Shown one piece after another: positions 38,769 through 50,885 of a DNA stretch of 64,000 nucleotides. Position 1 is the first letter of the stretch. Every line of letters begins with the position of its first letter. Location: the NCBI GenBank assembly GCA_973895155.1, contig OZ316892.1:14190861-14254860 (forward strand), in the 5' to 3' direction. The translations under genes were made by a program, and so were the position numbers. Below the pieces are notes generated by a model that saw nothing but the letters and a program-made list of their open reading frames with translations, was not told where the DNA came from and made no database searches. Source of the DNA: Marsupella aquatica (Eukaryota > Plantae > Marchantiophyta).

Positions 38769-41700
38769 ATGAGAGAAAAGGAGGCAGGACCTAGCCCGGG
38801 CGCACCATACATGAGTCCGCTAGTGAAGCAGGACCTGGCCAGACTTGATAAGGACGGCGAGAGTAGGCGCAGTGCAATGAACTCTTTGAAGCAATTTGTC
38901 GAGAATCTAGACCCTGGTTCGATGCCTCGCTTTCTCGCTCAGGTGGGTTCATTTCTACACCACAATGTTTTTGCTATGTATGAAGTGTTCGACAGGCGGG
39001 ACTCAAATATCCTCCTTGCATGTAAATGCGTAGGAGGGACCCCGCAGAGAGCTTCTTTGCAATGGAGAGCTTGAGAACTGAGATTTCTGATCCTGATGTT
39101 TTAGATGAGGGAATGGCATTCATAATGTCTATTGCACAGCACAGTTAGTAGCGGTCACTCGTGAGCACTGATGGAAATGACGCGAGGGCTTTGTTTTTTA
39201 GGTTTCTGAAACCCGAGACCAAGGGGGATCGCGATCTTACGCTATCTCGCTCTACGAAGAAGTGGCGCGCGTCCATGGAAAATTAATTATTCCTCACATT
39301 TCACGTGTTATGGCCACTGTCACACGGTCTCTGTCGTCGAGCGGAAGTTCACCCCAACTTCACCAGGCTTGTGCCAAAGTGGTTTCTGCCGTTGCTAGGT
39401 TTTCAGTTGAAGAGGGCTCGCCTGAGCAAGTAGACAGGATTTTACGGGATCTCTGCGATCCGCTCTTAAGTGTACTTGCTGGAAAGTTGGAGCCTCTTGC
39501 AGCTGGTGCAGCAGTATGTTTACAGGCATTGGTGGAGTGCGAGAAGTGGAAGTATGCGTCTGATGAGATTGTTAACGAAACCTGTCTGAGAACCACGGTT
39601 GCCCTGGGGGAAAAGGTTACACGTACCGTCGCCCATATGCAACTTGCTCGATCTCTGGCCACTACGAATCCATCCTTCTTTGACGGTTATGGAGTAGCTT
39701 TGCTGAGGTCTGGATCCGAGGTTCTTCGTCAAACATCGGCTTCTGGTACCTGGCAGCAAAAAGCTTGTGCGGCACGCCTTTTGCAGGCTGTGCTGCCCAT
39801 TGTGGATAAAGCAACTCTTGCTTCAGAGTTGGAACATATTGTCGAAGCCTTGGATGACTGCAAACACGATCGGATGGCCCACGTACGGGCGGCAGTCAGT
39901 GAAGCTCTGAAAACTGCAAAGGTGCTCTCATCACATGACGGTCGCGTCAGTAGTGACGGTGAGTTTGAATTTTCGGAAATAGCAAATCTCAGCTGTTCGC
40001 CATTTGATAAGAACAGTGTCAAAAAGCTTTTCATCAAAAACGAGGCGTGATTGGCTGGTCGGAAGATAGCTTGACCGCTGGTGCCTCGCAGAGAACTCTC
40101 TTTTGAATTCTCGAAAATATCTGATGTCATCTTCCGTCATGCATGGTCTCCTTCCTTAGTATCGTTTCGGTCGATGATCTGGATGTTTATATACATTTTA
40201 GCGATGATTTGAAGTCCTTGCCGAGGAGATTTTTCCATCAAGCAATCTGAATGTGAATGCAGGACTCTCGTGTGATTCTCGTCCGTCATCCGGCGTTTCA
40301 TCCCATTCTGGTCAAGGTGGAAAGCATGGTCGCCTCAAACCGAACACGCCAGGGAGCAGCAATTCTCACCCTTCGCTGCGGGGTGACACGATGGGATGCA
40401 ATCAGCAATCAAGTGATACTGGTCAGTACCAGTAACATCGCCGATTTATCTTTCTCCTTTCCGTACGAGGCATCGCTCCTATCGTGAATTGTGGTTATTT
40501 GTGCAGAGCCATTTGTTCTCTGTCAAATCGTCATTTTCTTTTCTAAACAATGTGTCACAGATTGAACAACATCACATCTTTTATTGTTCACTTTATAGCA
40601 TGCTGAATTAATGAATATAGCCTACAGGCGTCTTCATGTCTTTCAGGATAGTTCTTGGATGAAGAGAGGGTTTGCCATCCATGATAGCGATTGCACAACG
40701 CACATAGGTATATGGGTGGTTATATTGAAACTAGGGGCTATTGCTTGTCAATATTGTTCGGGGCTTGGGACTCCTGTAATTTCTTTTTTTTGATGATGTG
40801 ATTGTAGCAGATGGAAGCTATTTTGTGATGATTCCTAGTAGAAGAGAAGGAAGGGCCAACACTTATTCAAAAAACTCTGCCATCACAGCCCACCAAAAGC
40901 AGGAAGGATCGGATTTTCTACTAGAAGAAGTCTCTTCTAATGGCACCATGCTCGACATCGAAGTCGAGACTGATATCGATTCCAGTCAAGCTCTCCCAAC
41001 CAATGAGAGCAGGTACAATGAAGGTGGCGATACACGTAATGACAACTTGGGTTCGGTGTCCAGTAGCAGGTTTTCGCACAGGCAGACGTCACCTATTGGA
41101 ACTACCAGGCAGAGAGTCTGCAAACTTGAAGGAAGTGCGGCTGACAGCAGGAACCAGTCTGTTGGTCTTCATATTAATGGTGTGGGTGGATACCTCCATG
41201 CTACTTCAGGAGTATGTGTGGGTCATGATTGTAAGGAAAATTTGGATTTTTTGAGTGAGCGGCAGTCGAGGCAAAGTTCCCTACCGAATTTACGGAATCC
41301 GGCAGACGTCTCTGGTCCCCAGGTAGTCACTCTTTTTTTCTAACGGCATCAGCTGGCTTGAAGCTAGGGAAGTACGAGTGCTGTTGCATAAGAGGCTTAG
41401 CCCTTTGATGCTATTTTGATTTCTGACCGCCGATTGAAGATAAACAGATTCTGAGGTGCCTTTAATGTCTTGCGAAAGACAGTATGCGTCTGTTGATTTG
41501 ATGAGATAAAAAATTGGACTAGACTTGTTTTTACATTGAACGCGCCCATGAGCCCCTGTTGTAGCCCTGAGGCCGTAGATCCCGTACACTGGACGCAAAG
41601 AGTAGAGAAGGAATGTGCCATCATGCAAGGTCTTAACATACGATAGAGGCTGTAGAAATATAATGTTGCTCACGCCAGAACTAAAACGGCAGACTCAGGT

Positions 41701-42694
41701 CACTGCCAGAGATTGCTTTTCTGTTGTAGGGGATTCTAATCTGCCGTCTGATTCTCAGTATCAATTGATTGATAAAGTTTTCTCAGATATTTTTTGCCAG
41801 TTTACTGTGCAGAGGCAAAGAGCGCTCATCACAGGAGAGGATTTCCTTCCATTCAGCACTCCCAGGCGCTTGGTTCGCTCCCTGCAGTCCAACTTATCAA
41901 GTCCCCTTTGTTCTAGCCCCCCAAAGAACAAGTTCAGCAAATCCTTACGCGGAGGAAATATGGCAAACATGGCCGATATGGACTTGGACTGCAGTAGCGA
42001 GGCTGCGTGGAGTGTGCGAGATAACCCAATTGCCTCAGATGAGTCCCTTAAGACTGACAGTGAAGGGGATGACAGAGAGCAGCAGGGAAATGCTGGCAAG
42101 CAGATATTAACCAATTTAGGCACAAGACATAGCTTAACAGGATTTGACTCAAAGGTTGGGCCTAGTAAAGATTGTGGAAAGCCCTCATCTGCAAGTTTAA
42201 TTGCCGCGGAATCTCTTTTCTGTTTTGGCACGACGAAGGGTACGCAGCATAAGTCCTTTACGGATAATGCAGAAGTTTTGAATGATGAGTTGGATCATAA
42301 GATACGTCATTTCTGTGTCTCTCCTGCACAATGTCAGGGGGTTTTACCGAGAATGGTTGACGAACATTGTCCCTCTCAGTGTACTTGTGGTGGAAAAACT
42401 TTTAGCGGAGAACATTTCATTGAAGGTGGAGATCACCTGGTGGCAAGGGATGAACATGATTGCGAAATGTTTTCGACTAGTGAAAATGAAAAGGACAGTA
42501 GAGTCAGAGCACTGTGGAAAGGCTTCCAGCACTGCCTCCGGTATGTTTGTGGGAAATTTTTTAGAAGCTTGCAAGTCTGTACAGAAGCTCTCCTAACCGG
42601 ATTTTTACTTTGCATATTGGCAGTTGCATTTGCTATGATGATGTCAAAAATTTCATCATCACATTTGGACCGTCCTGGATTAATTCCCAGTTGA
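38769..42694 (+). CDS. SINE1: SINE1/SINE2-like ARM-repeat outer-nuclear-membrane KASH protein (SUN-interacting)
   Basis: Exons approx. 38769-38942, 39202-39958, 40263-40421, 40811-41322 and 41801(or 41813)-42694. N-terminus SPLVKQDLARLDKDGESRRSAMNSLKQFV...ISLYEEVARVHG...LHQACAKV...AAVCLQALVECEKWKYASDEIVN...DRMAHVRAAVSEAL parallels Arabidopsis SINE1. C-terminal hydrophobic segment followed by a short tail ending LIPS*, fitting the plant KASH motif. The middle exons are less certain. Confidence 0.88.
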
Positions 42695-43559
42695 AGGTGA
42701 TTCAAAAGTGGGAATATTACCAGCCTTCATCTGTGAGGTGAATCGAATGTCATTGAAGTCCCAAATATTGAAAGTCACGAGCGAGTCTTGTACAAAGAAT
42801 CTATGGCTGAAAAATGAGAAACGAAAATCAAACTGTCCGTCTTAAAGTTGTATGCAGTGGGCAGCAGCTTCTCTGTTTTCCGTCTACAATTTGACTCACT
42901 GGCTGTACAAATTTGGTTTGCGTTTCATCTGAGGTGAGAATTTTTGAGTCTAGCCATCAAGCGTGCAAATTAAGCTGTGATTTCACTTGGACAGTCAGTC
43001 AGGTTTTATGCTAAGGTTTCTTGAACTCAACATAAGCCTGTACTTGAAGGCGCTTTTTGCATGTGCTATCGGTGAGCCCATTTCTGATGTAAACTCTGAG
43101 AGTTTCAGGGTTCAGCATAGTCATGATAGCCTACCAAAGCAAAATCTAAGGAACGGCAGGAACTTAGTCCTTTTTCAAACTGGTATGGAGCCAAGCATCC
43201 TCTAGTCAAGGCTGAAGCATTCCTTAATTACACCTACTGTAGGTGGAGTCCAAATAGCCACAACGTAAGGGCTGTACCTGCTATTTAAGGTTAGCACCGA
43301 CCTTAGCCTTCTCTCGTCAATCCAATGCAGCAATTGTTGTCTATGCATGGGAAGTTGCAACGAAGGCACCTGCTTCATCTCAAAATAGGTACCATATGCT
43401 AACTCTTCAAAATATACACACCAACTACTGCTCAGGAACTACCGTAAGGCTTCCATAAACTCCAGCTTTCCCAAATTCTATGTGGGCTCGTTGGAAGCTC
43501 TCTGGGTAGAAACTGGCATAAACTTCAAATCCTATTATCCTTGAAAAGTATATATACAC

Positions 43560-45090
43560 GCTTTTTATATACAAAGGGACCAATCAGAGTACAAATGAAC
43601 AAACAAAAGAGGGCCCAAGTGGACAAAACCAATCGAAAAAGAAGTGAGCAAAAGGGAACCACTAAACACCAAGAAAGAGGAACTAAAAGTAAGAAATGAG
43701 CAATAGGGAACCCTTAAAAACCAAGAAAGAGAGACTAAAACTAACCCAAGTGGACCGAGGTCCTCATCATTCCTAGCAAATGTGGCAAAAAGCTACTGGT
43801 CCACATCAAGGGTCAAAGCTAGATCGGCAAGTGGGATTGGAACATCCTCTAGGGGAGCTAGCCGTTGTGGAGGCACACTAGCACCCACTGTAAGAGATCG
43901 ACGATAGATGGCCCGAGCTTGAGCACGCTGCAAGGTGACTGAAATGCGTTGGCGAAAGTGCGTGGTCAAAATAGAAAGCGGGGGTCCAGTGGGACCCATG
44001 TGGCCATGAACATCCCGGGCAGCTTGCCGAGGAAGCCCATCAAACTGAGGATGAAGACGCCCAAATAGCTCCAGAGCAAGGGGGAGGAAGCTGTCGGATG
44101 AAGCTCGTGCAGCATATTTGGCCTCCTTCGTTGTTGCCGCACGTGACGCTGCTGCCCCTGCCGTAGTTGCCGCTGTCCCAATGATGTCTTGGCGCAATGG
44201 GTTTGTCACCACTACATCTGCCAATGTACGTTGACCCTCACGGACCATGGTAAGATCCACCCGTAACCGCTGTGATGGAGGACCAGGTAACTCGAGTACC
44301 ACCTCCCGCCGCACGCATACCAAAGAGCCAGAGAGAACCTGAGCAGTCGCATCTCGCACAGCGTCGTGAACAATAATGGTTTCACCTCCCAAACTGCACC
44401 GAAGAAGATGGACACCTGTGGCATCACAAGGCTTCCCACAAGTGCAAGAAGGGGGTAAACCTGCAAGAAGTGGGTGGGGCAGCCCCATACGAAGACGCAT
44501 GGCTGTGGAGAACTCCGTTGAAGACATCCGCAAATGAGGAATGACTGGATTGGCCTGAAGCCATCCACCTGCGCCCTTTCCTCCAGAAGAAAGAATCCGA
44601 GCTCGGTCCGTGTCAGGTGCCTCGGAGAGGATGCTGGAAAGGGTGAAAGCGTGCATACGCCCAGCGAGGTCTGCCTGAAGACGAACGGGATCCAAGGATA
44701 AAAACTCCTAAAAAGAAGGTAACGCGACGCGAACGGGATCTGGTAATGAGGACCGCGCTGCGCGCAAATGAACCTGAAACGGGAGGGAACCCTCCTCTAC
44801 CTCCATGAAAGATGAAAGTAAAAAAGGGCGATCCTCAATAAGAAAACGATCGGCCAACAATGAGAAGGCGGCCGCCCATGCACCCAAAAAGGCCAAAGGT
44901 GCAAGGCTCTCAATGGAAGTAAATTCAAAACCACCCTACGAAATAGGAAGACTGAGTTGTCGATGAAGCCACGGAGATGAGAGCAACGTACCCGGCCCCA
45001 AAAGAGAGGCCAGGGTCTGACGAATGAAGACATCAAATGCTCGAAGGTGGAAACAAAGATCCTCGGTAGGGGGATGCGTCCTAGCCAGTA
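43560..45090 (-). mobile_element. 5'-truncated CRE-clade-like non-LTR retrotransposon (RT thumb, CCHC-like motif, restriction-like endonuclease, 3' UTR)
   Basis: One frame with two in-frame TAG stops: RQLSLPIS*GGF (RT thumb), then AGGWLQANP, AMRLRMGLP, CTCG...HLLRC...HDAVRD, RVDL...LADVVV...TKEAKY, FLPLALELFGRL and RQRISVTLQRAQA. Stop at 43793, followed by a repetitive 3' UTR to ~43560. Confidence 0.88.
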
Positions 45091-46173
45091 GCATACAATA
45101 GAGAAGTTAGAGATAACAGTGGGGAATGCTTCTTGAGTACTGCTTCTTGAGTACTGCTTCTTGAGTGATTAAGATGCCTGCGTTCAGGTTCCAGGTTCTA
45201 GGCAGGCTCGAGGGCTAGGTTCCATGGGCTAGGAGTGAGGAGTAATGTGTGTAGGAATGTATGAGCCAATAAAATTACAGCTTTTACAAGGAGTGAGGGG
45301 TTACAACACTATATAATAGGGAGTATGATTTTCCCTCACACTCCTTGTTGAACTCCAAGGGTACTCTCTGTATAGTACCAATGCACTGGGCACACTCATT
45401 GGCTGTTGAATCCAAAACATACATTTTAAATATTGTGTACATCATGGCATATAGCCTATTTGGGCCCCAGGGGGGGAGTGATCCTACTCCCTACCCGTGG
45501 TGGCCCATGGAACCTAGCCCTTCAGGGTCGGAGCATGGGGGTGGGGGTAACGATGGAATCACTGTCGTATTCCTCCTGGGGGGGGTACAAGCCACCTGTC
45601 GCGGGGTAAGTGCAGTCCCACAGAGCGCGGTGGGCTGAATGGCTGATTTATGAGTGGAGGGAGGGATGTGCAGCGGGAAAGATGGAGTGAGTAGATCTGG
45701 GCGGAGAGCCTCGAAGGCCTTGAGGTCGGAGATGGAAGGGAAACCACTGAAGGATCACAGAGAGGAAAGCGGGGCAGGCTGCAGTTCTCGACGGGAGGGC
45801 CTGCACTTCATCTTTGCAGCCCTTTGTCAGCAGTGGAATAGGATTCTTCCGATCGTGATTCAGAATCATGTTTCTCATCTCTCACCGGATTGACGGAGGG
45901 GGATTGGTAGAATGTTGAATGTAGGACCCAAGGGAAGCAGACAGAGGCTTTGAGTTGAGTGTTCTTTTTTACGGGTCCATCTCGAGACCTTGGTAAATCT
46001 TTTCAGCCTTGTTCTTCAGGCGTTGAATGCGATTACTTTTCGATTCCATTCAAGGGGTCCAGTTTACGATAAAGGCTTGTGACCATGCCTGAGGTTTGTC
46101 AAAGAGGAGAGGAGATGCTGGACATATGGTACTTGACGGTCCTCCGGTTCTAGGTTGATGCCAATAGGTGAAA

Positions 46174-48576
46174 ATGGGTTTCACCGATGGAAAGATGCTG
46201 CCTCCCATGAAGTTAGTGAAGGCTGCTGATAGTAGTGTTCGCAAGACGAACATCAGCGAACTGCCTGGGGCGGTCTTGACCAGCATTTTTGGTCTGGTGT
46301 CAGATCCGCGCACTCGAAATTGCATGGCGTTGGCTTGCAGGGATTGGTATTACTTAGAAAGACAGACTCGTTCCTCCCTCACACTCAGGGGCAATGTCTG
46401 CAATCTATTGAAGCTTCCGCTTTGTTTTGGAAGCGTAACGACCCTTGATCTCTCCCTTTGTTCCCCATGGGGTTACTCTATTTTCCAGTCCACTACTGGC
46501 GGCGAGCTCATTGTCAAGACGTTACAGGAGGCATTTCCAAACGTCAAGGACTTGGCTATTTATGTGAGAGATGCGCTTGATATTCGAACGGTGGTATGGC
46601 TGTGGCCGGAGCTGGAGGCTATTAGGCTCGTGCGCTGGCATCAACGTTCGACAGAGGTCGGAACGGGGATGGAGATAGGTTCTGAACTGGGACCCCTACT
46701 TGAGTGCCCAAAACTGCAAAAGGTCGACCTCTCGGAATTTTACTGCTGGACCGAAGATATCCTGCCAGGTCTTGAGGCCGGAGCTACGACTGCCTCAAAT
46801 CTCCGCGTATTGAACCTCTTGAAACTTTCTTCTGAGGGTTTCAAGACACAAGAGATTGTAGATATCACTGCGGTGTGTAACAATCTGGAAGAATTCTTTG
46901 TTCTTTGCGAATTCGATCCCAGGTTTCTTGATTCGGTGGGCGACAGGGCTCTCGAATCCATCGCAGTGAGCTGCCCTCGGTTGCGGGTACTGCACCTAGT
47001 CGATAACAACGAGTGGGGTGCGGCAGGTTGTGAAAGGGTTAATGGGCCTAGCGACGAAAACGCAACCGTGAGTTGCCAGGGTTTGGAGACCATGGCTAGA
47101 AACCTCCCGCTCTTGGAGAACTTGGTTCTTTTACTTGCACAAAACGTCTGGGATTCCCGTCCTGGTCTGGAGGCTCTGTTTACCAACTGTCGCAAACTCA
47201 CATCTCTACAATTGAGCTGTTTTCATGGATTGTGCTCAGGTCCCGAGGATGGGCTGGCAACAGGGTCCAATTTGCTAGAATTATCTATTAAGAGAAGCGT
47301 AGACCTGTCTGATCGGAGTTTGGTGTTCATTGCAAATGGCTGCAAGAAATTGACAAAGCTTACTCTGAAATGCTGTACAGAGATTTCTGAACAAGGTTTG
47401 CATACTTGTGTGAGAGCGTTGTCTAGTACACTAGTTGACGTGAAGATTTTCAGTTGCACACGTCTGCCTTCACTTGAGATACTGCGAGCTCTCGAGCCGA
47501 TACGGAGCTCTATTCGACGGCTTCACTTTGATTGCGTATGGGATGACGCGGTTGTAGCTCAGCAAGCAGCTGCTGTGTCAGCTACAAATGGCTCGCCCAC
47601 TCGATGGCAAATACTAGATCGTGACAACGAGTTTCTTAGACCCCAAAGAAAGCGAAAACTTAGCGTCGACCTTGAGCAGACCGATTCCCGGGGCAGCGTG
47701 TCTCCGAGTCTGAGCCCAAGTTGCGATTCGTCTATTCTGAGCAGGGGCGAAGGGGCATCGGCAAGTGGGGGAATGCAAACGCCGAGTTCTCTAGACGGCA
47801 CAGCAGAGTTCGACCCAAGGAGCCGCAACGAGACGAGTAGAGAAGGTTCTGGGTTTGCTTTAGGCAGAGTAGGTGAGGCTGGGAGTAGCCGGGATACGGG
47901 AAATAGTTCTTTAGCTGACAGTCTAGATGAGGTCGGTGGTGACGGCCGACATGAACAAGCACCCGATCAGAGATGCTGGAAAAGCTTGCAAACCCTGTCC
48001 TTATGGATGGACGTTGGCTTCTTGATGTCGCCTTTACCTTCCATGGGGCTCGGACGGTGTCCCTCATTAACGGAGGTGACCATAAAAGTGGAGGGCGACT
48101 GCAAGTCCCGCCAGAAGCCTGCTGTCAAGGAGTGGGGTCTGGGAACGCTGTCTCGTTACGAAAGCTTTTCCAAGCTTAATTTGGATTTGGGCGAAGTAGT
48201 TAGTTTCTCGCTCAGCGCCCCGGAGGGTCAGTGTGATCTCAGCATCTGGGAGCGTCATTACCTAAGCGGGATCGCTGAGTTGAATCTTCGAGAGTTGGAC
48301 TACAAGCCTCCTTGCGACAAAGACTCGAATCACAGGGGCCTCACATTACCAGGGGTGGGGCATCTGTCGCAATCTCTTTCGATAAGAAAGTTGATCGTGC
48401 ACGGGTCTGCCCACGCACATTTTCTCTCCATGCTCCAGAGCATAGCAAGTCTTCGGGATTTTCAGCTCCGGTGGGATTTCTATCCAGCGCCTGAGTCCGA
48501 AACCAGTAATGAAGTTCGCGTAGACGCATGTCGAAGGTTCGAGGAAACTCTGGCAGAGCGAGGTCTCTCAGACTGA
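46174..48576 (+). CDS. MAX2: MAX2/D3-type F-box/LRR protein (KAI2/D14 signalling), intronless, ~800 aa
   Basis: F-box LPGAVLTSIF...RTRNCMALAC. Family motifs LTLRGN, LDLSLCSPWG, LVRWHQR, DLSEFYCWTED, EGFK, IKVEGDC, RKLIVHGSAHAHF, YPAPE and CRRFEE, ending in Asp. First in-frame ATG at 46174. Confidence 0.95.
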   Translation: MGFTDGKMLPPMKLVKAADSSVRKTNISELPGAVLTSIFGLVSDPRTRNCMALACRDWYYLERQTRSSLTLRGNVCNLLKLPLCFGSVTTLDLSLCSPWGYSIFQSTTGGELIVKTLQEAFPNVKDLAIYVRDALDIRTVVWLWPELEAIRLVRWHQRSTEVGTGMEIGSELGPLLECPKLQKVDLSEFYCWTEDILPGLEAGATTASNLRVLNLLKLSSEGFKTQEIVDITAVCNNLEEFFVLCEFDPRFLDSVGDRALESIAVSCPRLRVLHLVDNNEWGAAGCERVNGPSDENATVSCQGLETMARNLPLLENLVLLLAQNVWDSRPGLEALFTNCRKLTSLQLSCFHGLCSGPEDGLATGSNLLELSIKRSVDLSDRSLVFIANGCKKLTKLTLKCCTEISEQGLHTCVRALSSTLVDVKIFSCTRLPSLEILRALEPIRSSIRRLHFDCVWDDAVVAQQAAAVSATNGSPTRWQILDRDNEFLRPQRKRKLSVDLEQTDSRGSVSPSLSPSCDSSILSRGEGASASGGMQTPSSLDGTAEFDPRSRNETSREGSGFALGRVGEAGSSRDTGNSSLADSLDEVGGDGRHEQAPDQRCWKSLQTLSLWMDVGFLMSPLPSMGLGRCPSLTEVTIKVEGDCKSRQKPAVKEWGLGTLSRYESFSKLNLDLGEVVSFSLSAPEGQCDLSIWERHYLSGIAELNLRELDYKPPCDKDSNHRGLTLPGVGHLSQSLSIRKLIVHGSAHAHFLSMLQSIASLRDFQLRWDFYPAPESETSNEVRVDACRRFEETLAERGLSD

Positions 48577-49509
48577 ACACTCCAGAATTAGTGCTCCAAA
48601 TGAGGTGTCTGAATACCACTGCTTTGAGTGGTAGCCCTCCGAATTCAGCCATCTGGGATAGGCAACGGTAGTCCTGGGACCGTTATCCTACATAACTGCT
48701 ATTATCTCAGGTACAGTGATTCAGAGCTTGAGCTGGTTGTGCGGCGAGGACGATGACAACTCGCATCCTAGCTACCTTGAGCTGGCTGTGGGATGAGGAC
48801 CATCGACGTCTATTTCGGCGTATGTTTCTGTTCACATAATGCATGATGAAGCAGAGCAAAAAGAGAGCAACGAGAGGTGTGTTGTCCTGTAATGTGATAT
48901 GCTCCTCCCTCACCTTCTGGGTTTTCGATCCTTTCTACGGACAGCAGTTGTTGGCTTGCATCAAATCGAGTGGAACCGTTTGCTTCCTTCCGTTCTTCTG
49001 TCCATGATTCTGCGGCCTACCCATCTCCAGTAATGAATGTCGCCGCATTATCGTTCTCTGTAAAGCTTTCTCTATAAAGCTTTGACATCCCGTTCCGTTC
49101 CTCGTTCTAGAGAATAATGGTAAGGCACTTGGTTCTGATTAAAGACTAATGCAGGGTTACAATACGAGAACAGTATCTTCATCCAAAACCAGGTCCTTTG
49201 ACCCCAAAGCTCGTTGCTGAAAAGAAGAGAGCTCCTTCGGTCGCAAGACATTGACAAGAGGCTTTTCGATAGTTTTTCTCTTTGGTCACACTAAGATTGA
49301 ACAAACTGTTGTGGTTTCGAAAAGAAGACTTTCTCTCTTTGGTCACAAGACCATCGGACAAAAGGCTTTTGCATCAATTCTAATTCTAATACATACATAT
49401 GAACACCTGGTTTTCCCCCCTGATTCTCCTCCGCCAGGAAATCAGCCCTGCACATCGATGGGCAGACAAACCCTTTTTAGACATAGGGTTTCTGTTGCGC
49501 TTCGGCAGG

Positions 49510-50055
49510 CATAGGCATTCACTATTCTTAGTAGAGGGGCATTCACTATTCTTAGTAGAGGGGAGACTCTTGGTCTTAGGGCTTCTAGTAGAATTCTTTT
49601 GTTTGACCCCCATGCTTGGTCTTAGGGCCTTTAGTAGGATTCCTTTGCTTACCCCCCATGCAATTCACAGGCGTTCACTATTCTACTATTCTTAGTAGAG
49701 GGGAATTCTATTATTCTTAGTAGAGGTTCACTATTCTACTATTCTTAGTAGAGGGGAGGTTATTGGTCTTAGGGCCTCTAGTAGGATTCCTTTGCTTGAC
49801 CCCCCCATGCAGTTCACATCTGAGTTTTACCGGGCTCTCCAGTTTGCTGATAGGTAGACGTTTGGGTTCCTGTCTTTGGGTTTGCTTTTCTTGGCCCCTT
49901 GGTGGTCTCCCCCTTGATTGGGTCTTTTGCCTGAGGGATCATGGGCTCTCCAGTTTGCTGATAGGTAGGCGTTTGGGTTCCTGTCTTTGGGTTTTCTTTT
50001 CTTGGTCCCTTGGTGGTCTCCCCCCTTGATTGTGTCTTTTGCCTGAGGGATCATG
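49510..50055. repeat. Compound repeat: short CTATTCTTAGTAGAGG units plus 111-bp direct repeat x2
   Basis: TATTCTTAGTAGAGG occurs five times between 49523 and 49755. GGGCTCTCCAGTTTGCTGATAGGTAG at 49832 and 49943. CCCCCTTGATTGGGTCTTTT also occurs at ~31476. Confidence 0.85.
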
Positions 50056-50697
50056 TCTCCCGGTTCGGTGCCCTCTGTTTTTTGGCAGTTTGATATATTT
50101 AGCCCTCTGAAACCTCACTTCACTTGGGGATCGCCCTTACAAGTTGTCAGAATTACGCAAGCACCTCTCAAAGTTTGTCCAAGGGAATTGCCCTTGCAAG
50201 CTGCCAGAATAGAGCGAGCACTCTCAAAGTTTGTCTAATTACGATAATACCCCTCTTATAGTTAGCTGCTAGGCATTTCCTTAGCCATTGCATATCCATT
50301 CTGAGTCCGAGCGAGGAATAGTAGAAGAGCACGGCACATAAGTTGCCACACAATTGCCCCAGCTGCTTTAGTAGAATTCATGTCACAATTTTGCTCTTCA
50401 GATTTGGTTGGAGCTAGTGATCAAAGCTGACCTCAAAGAATTCCCAAACAGATCTCTTCAATTGAAATACAGATGCTATTTTTGTAATACTGGCAACTTG
50501 TAAGGGTAGTTTGGAAATTTCCATTTGTCCTGTTTGAGAGACCCTTTGTATTCCCAAATTTTATGTCATAGAAAATTAAACATAGGCAATAAAGTCCTGA
50601 AAACATAGCCTGGACGGACCTCTAAATTTCCTAAAACGTCCCATTAAGTTTTTGCAACCTGGATGTACCCCACTTTACTCATTAGAATGAGCTAACG

Positions 50698-50885
50698 AAC
50701 AATGATAATTGTTAACCCGGCCCTGATTGGATGAGTATGGCTAAATACATAATGAGTGGATGAGGAAGAGGCTAAGCTGTATTAGCCATAATGTGGTGAG
50801 ATGAGGATGAGCACATTAACAATGAAAATTGTTAATCCTGCCCTGATTCAATGAGTATGGCCAAATTAATAATAAGTGGATGAGC
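50698..50885. repeat. ~120-bp direct repeat x2
   Basis: AACAATGA.AATTGTTAA.CC.GCCCTGATT..ATGAGTATGGC at 50698 and 50818. Confidence 0.8.
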
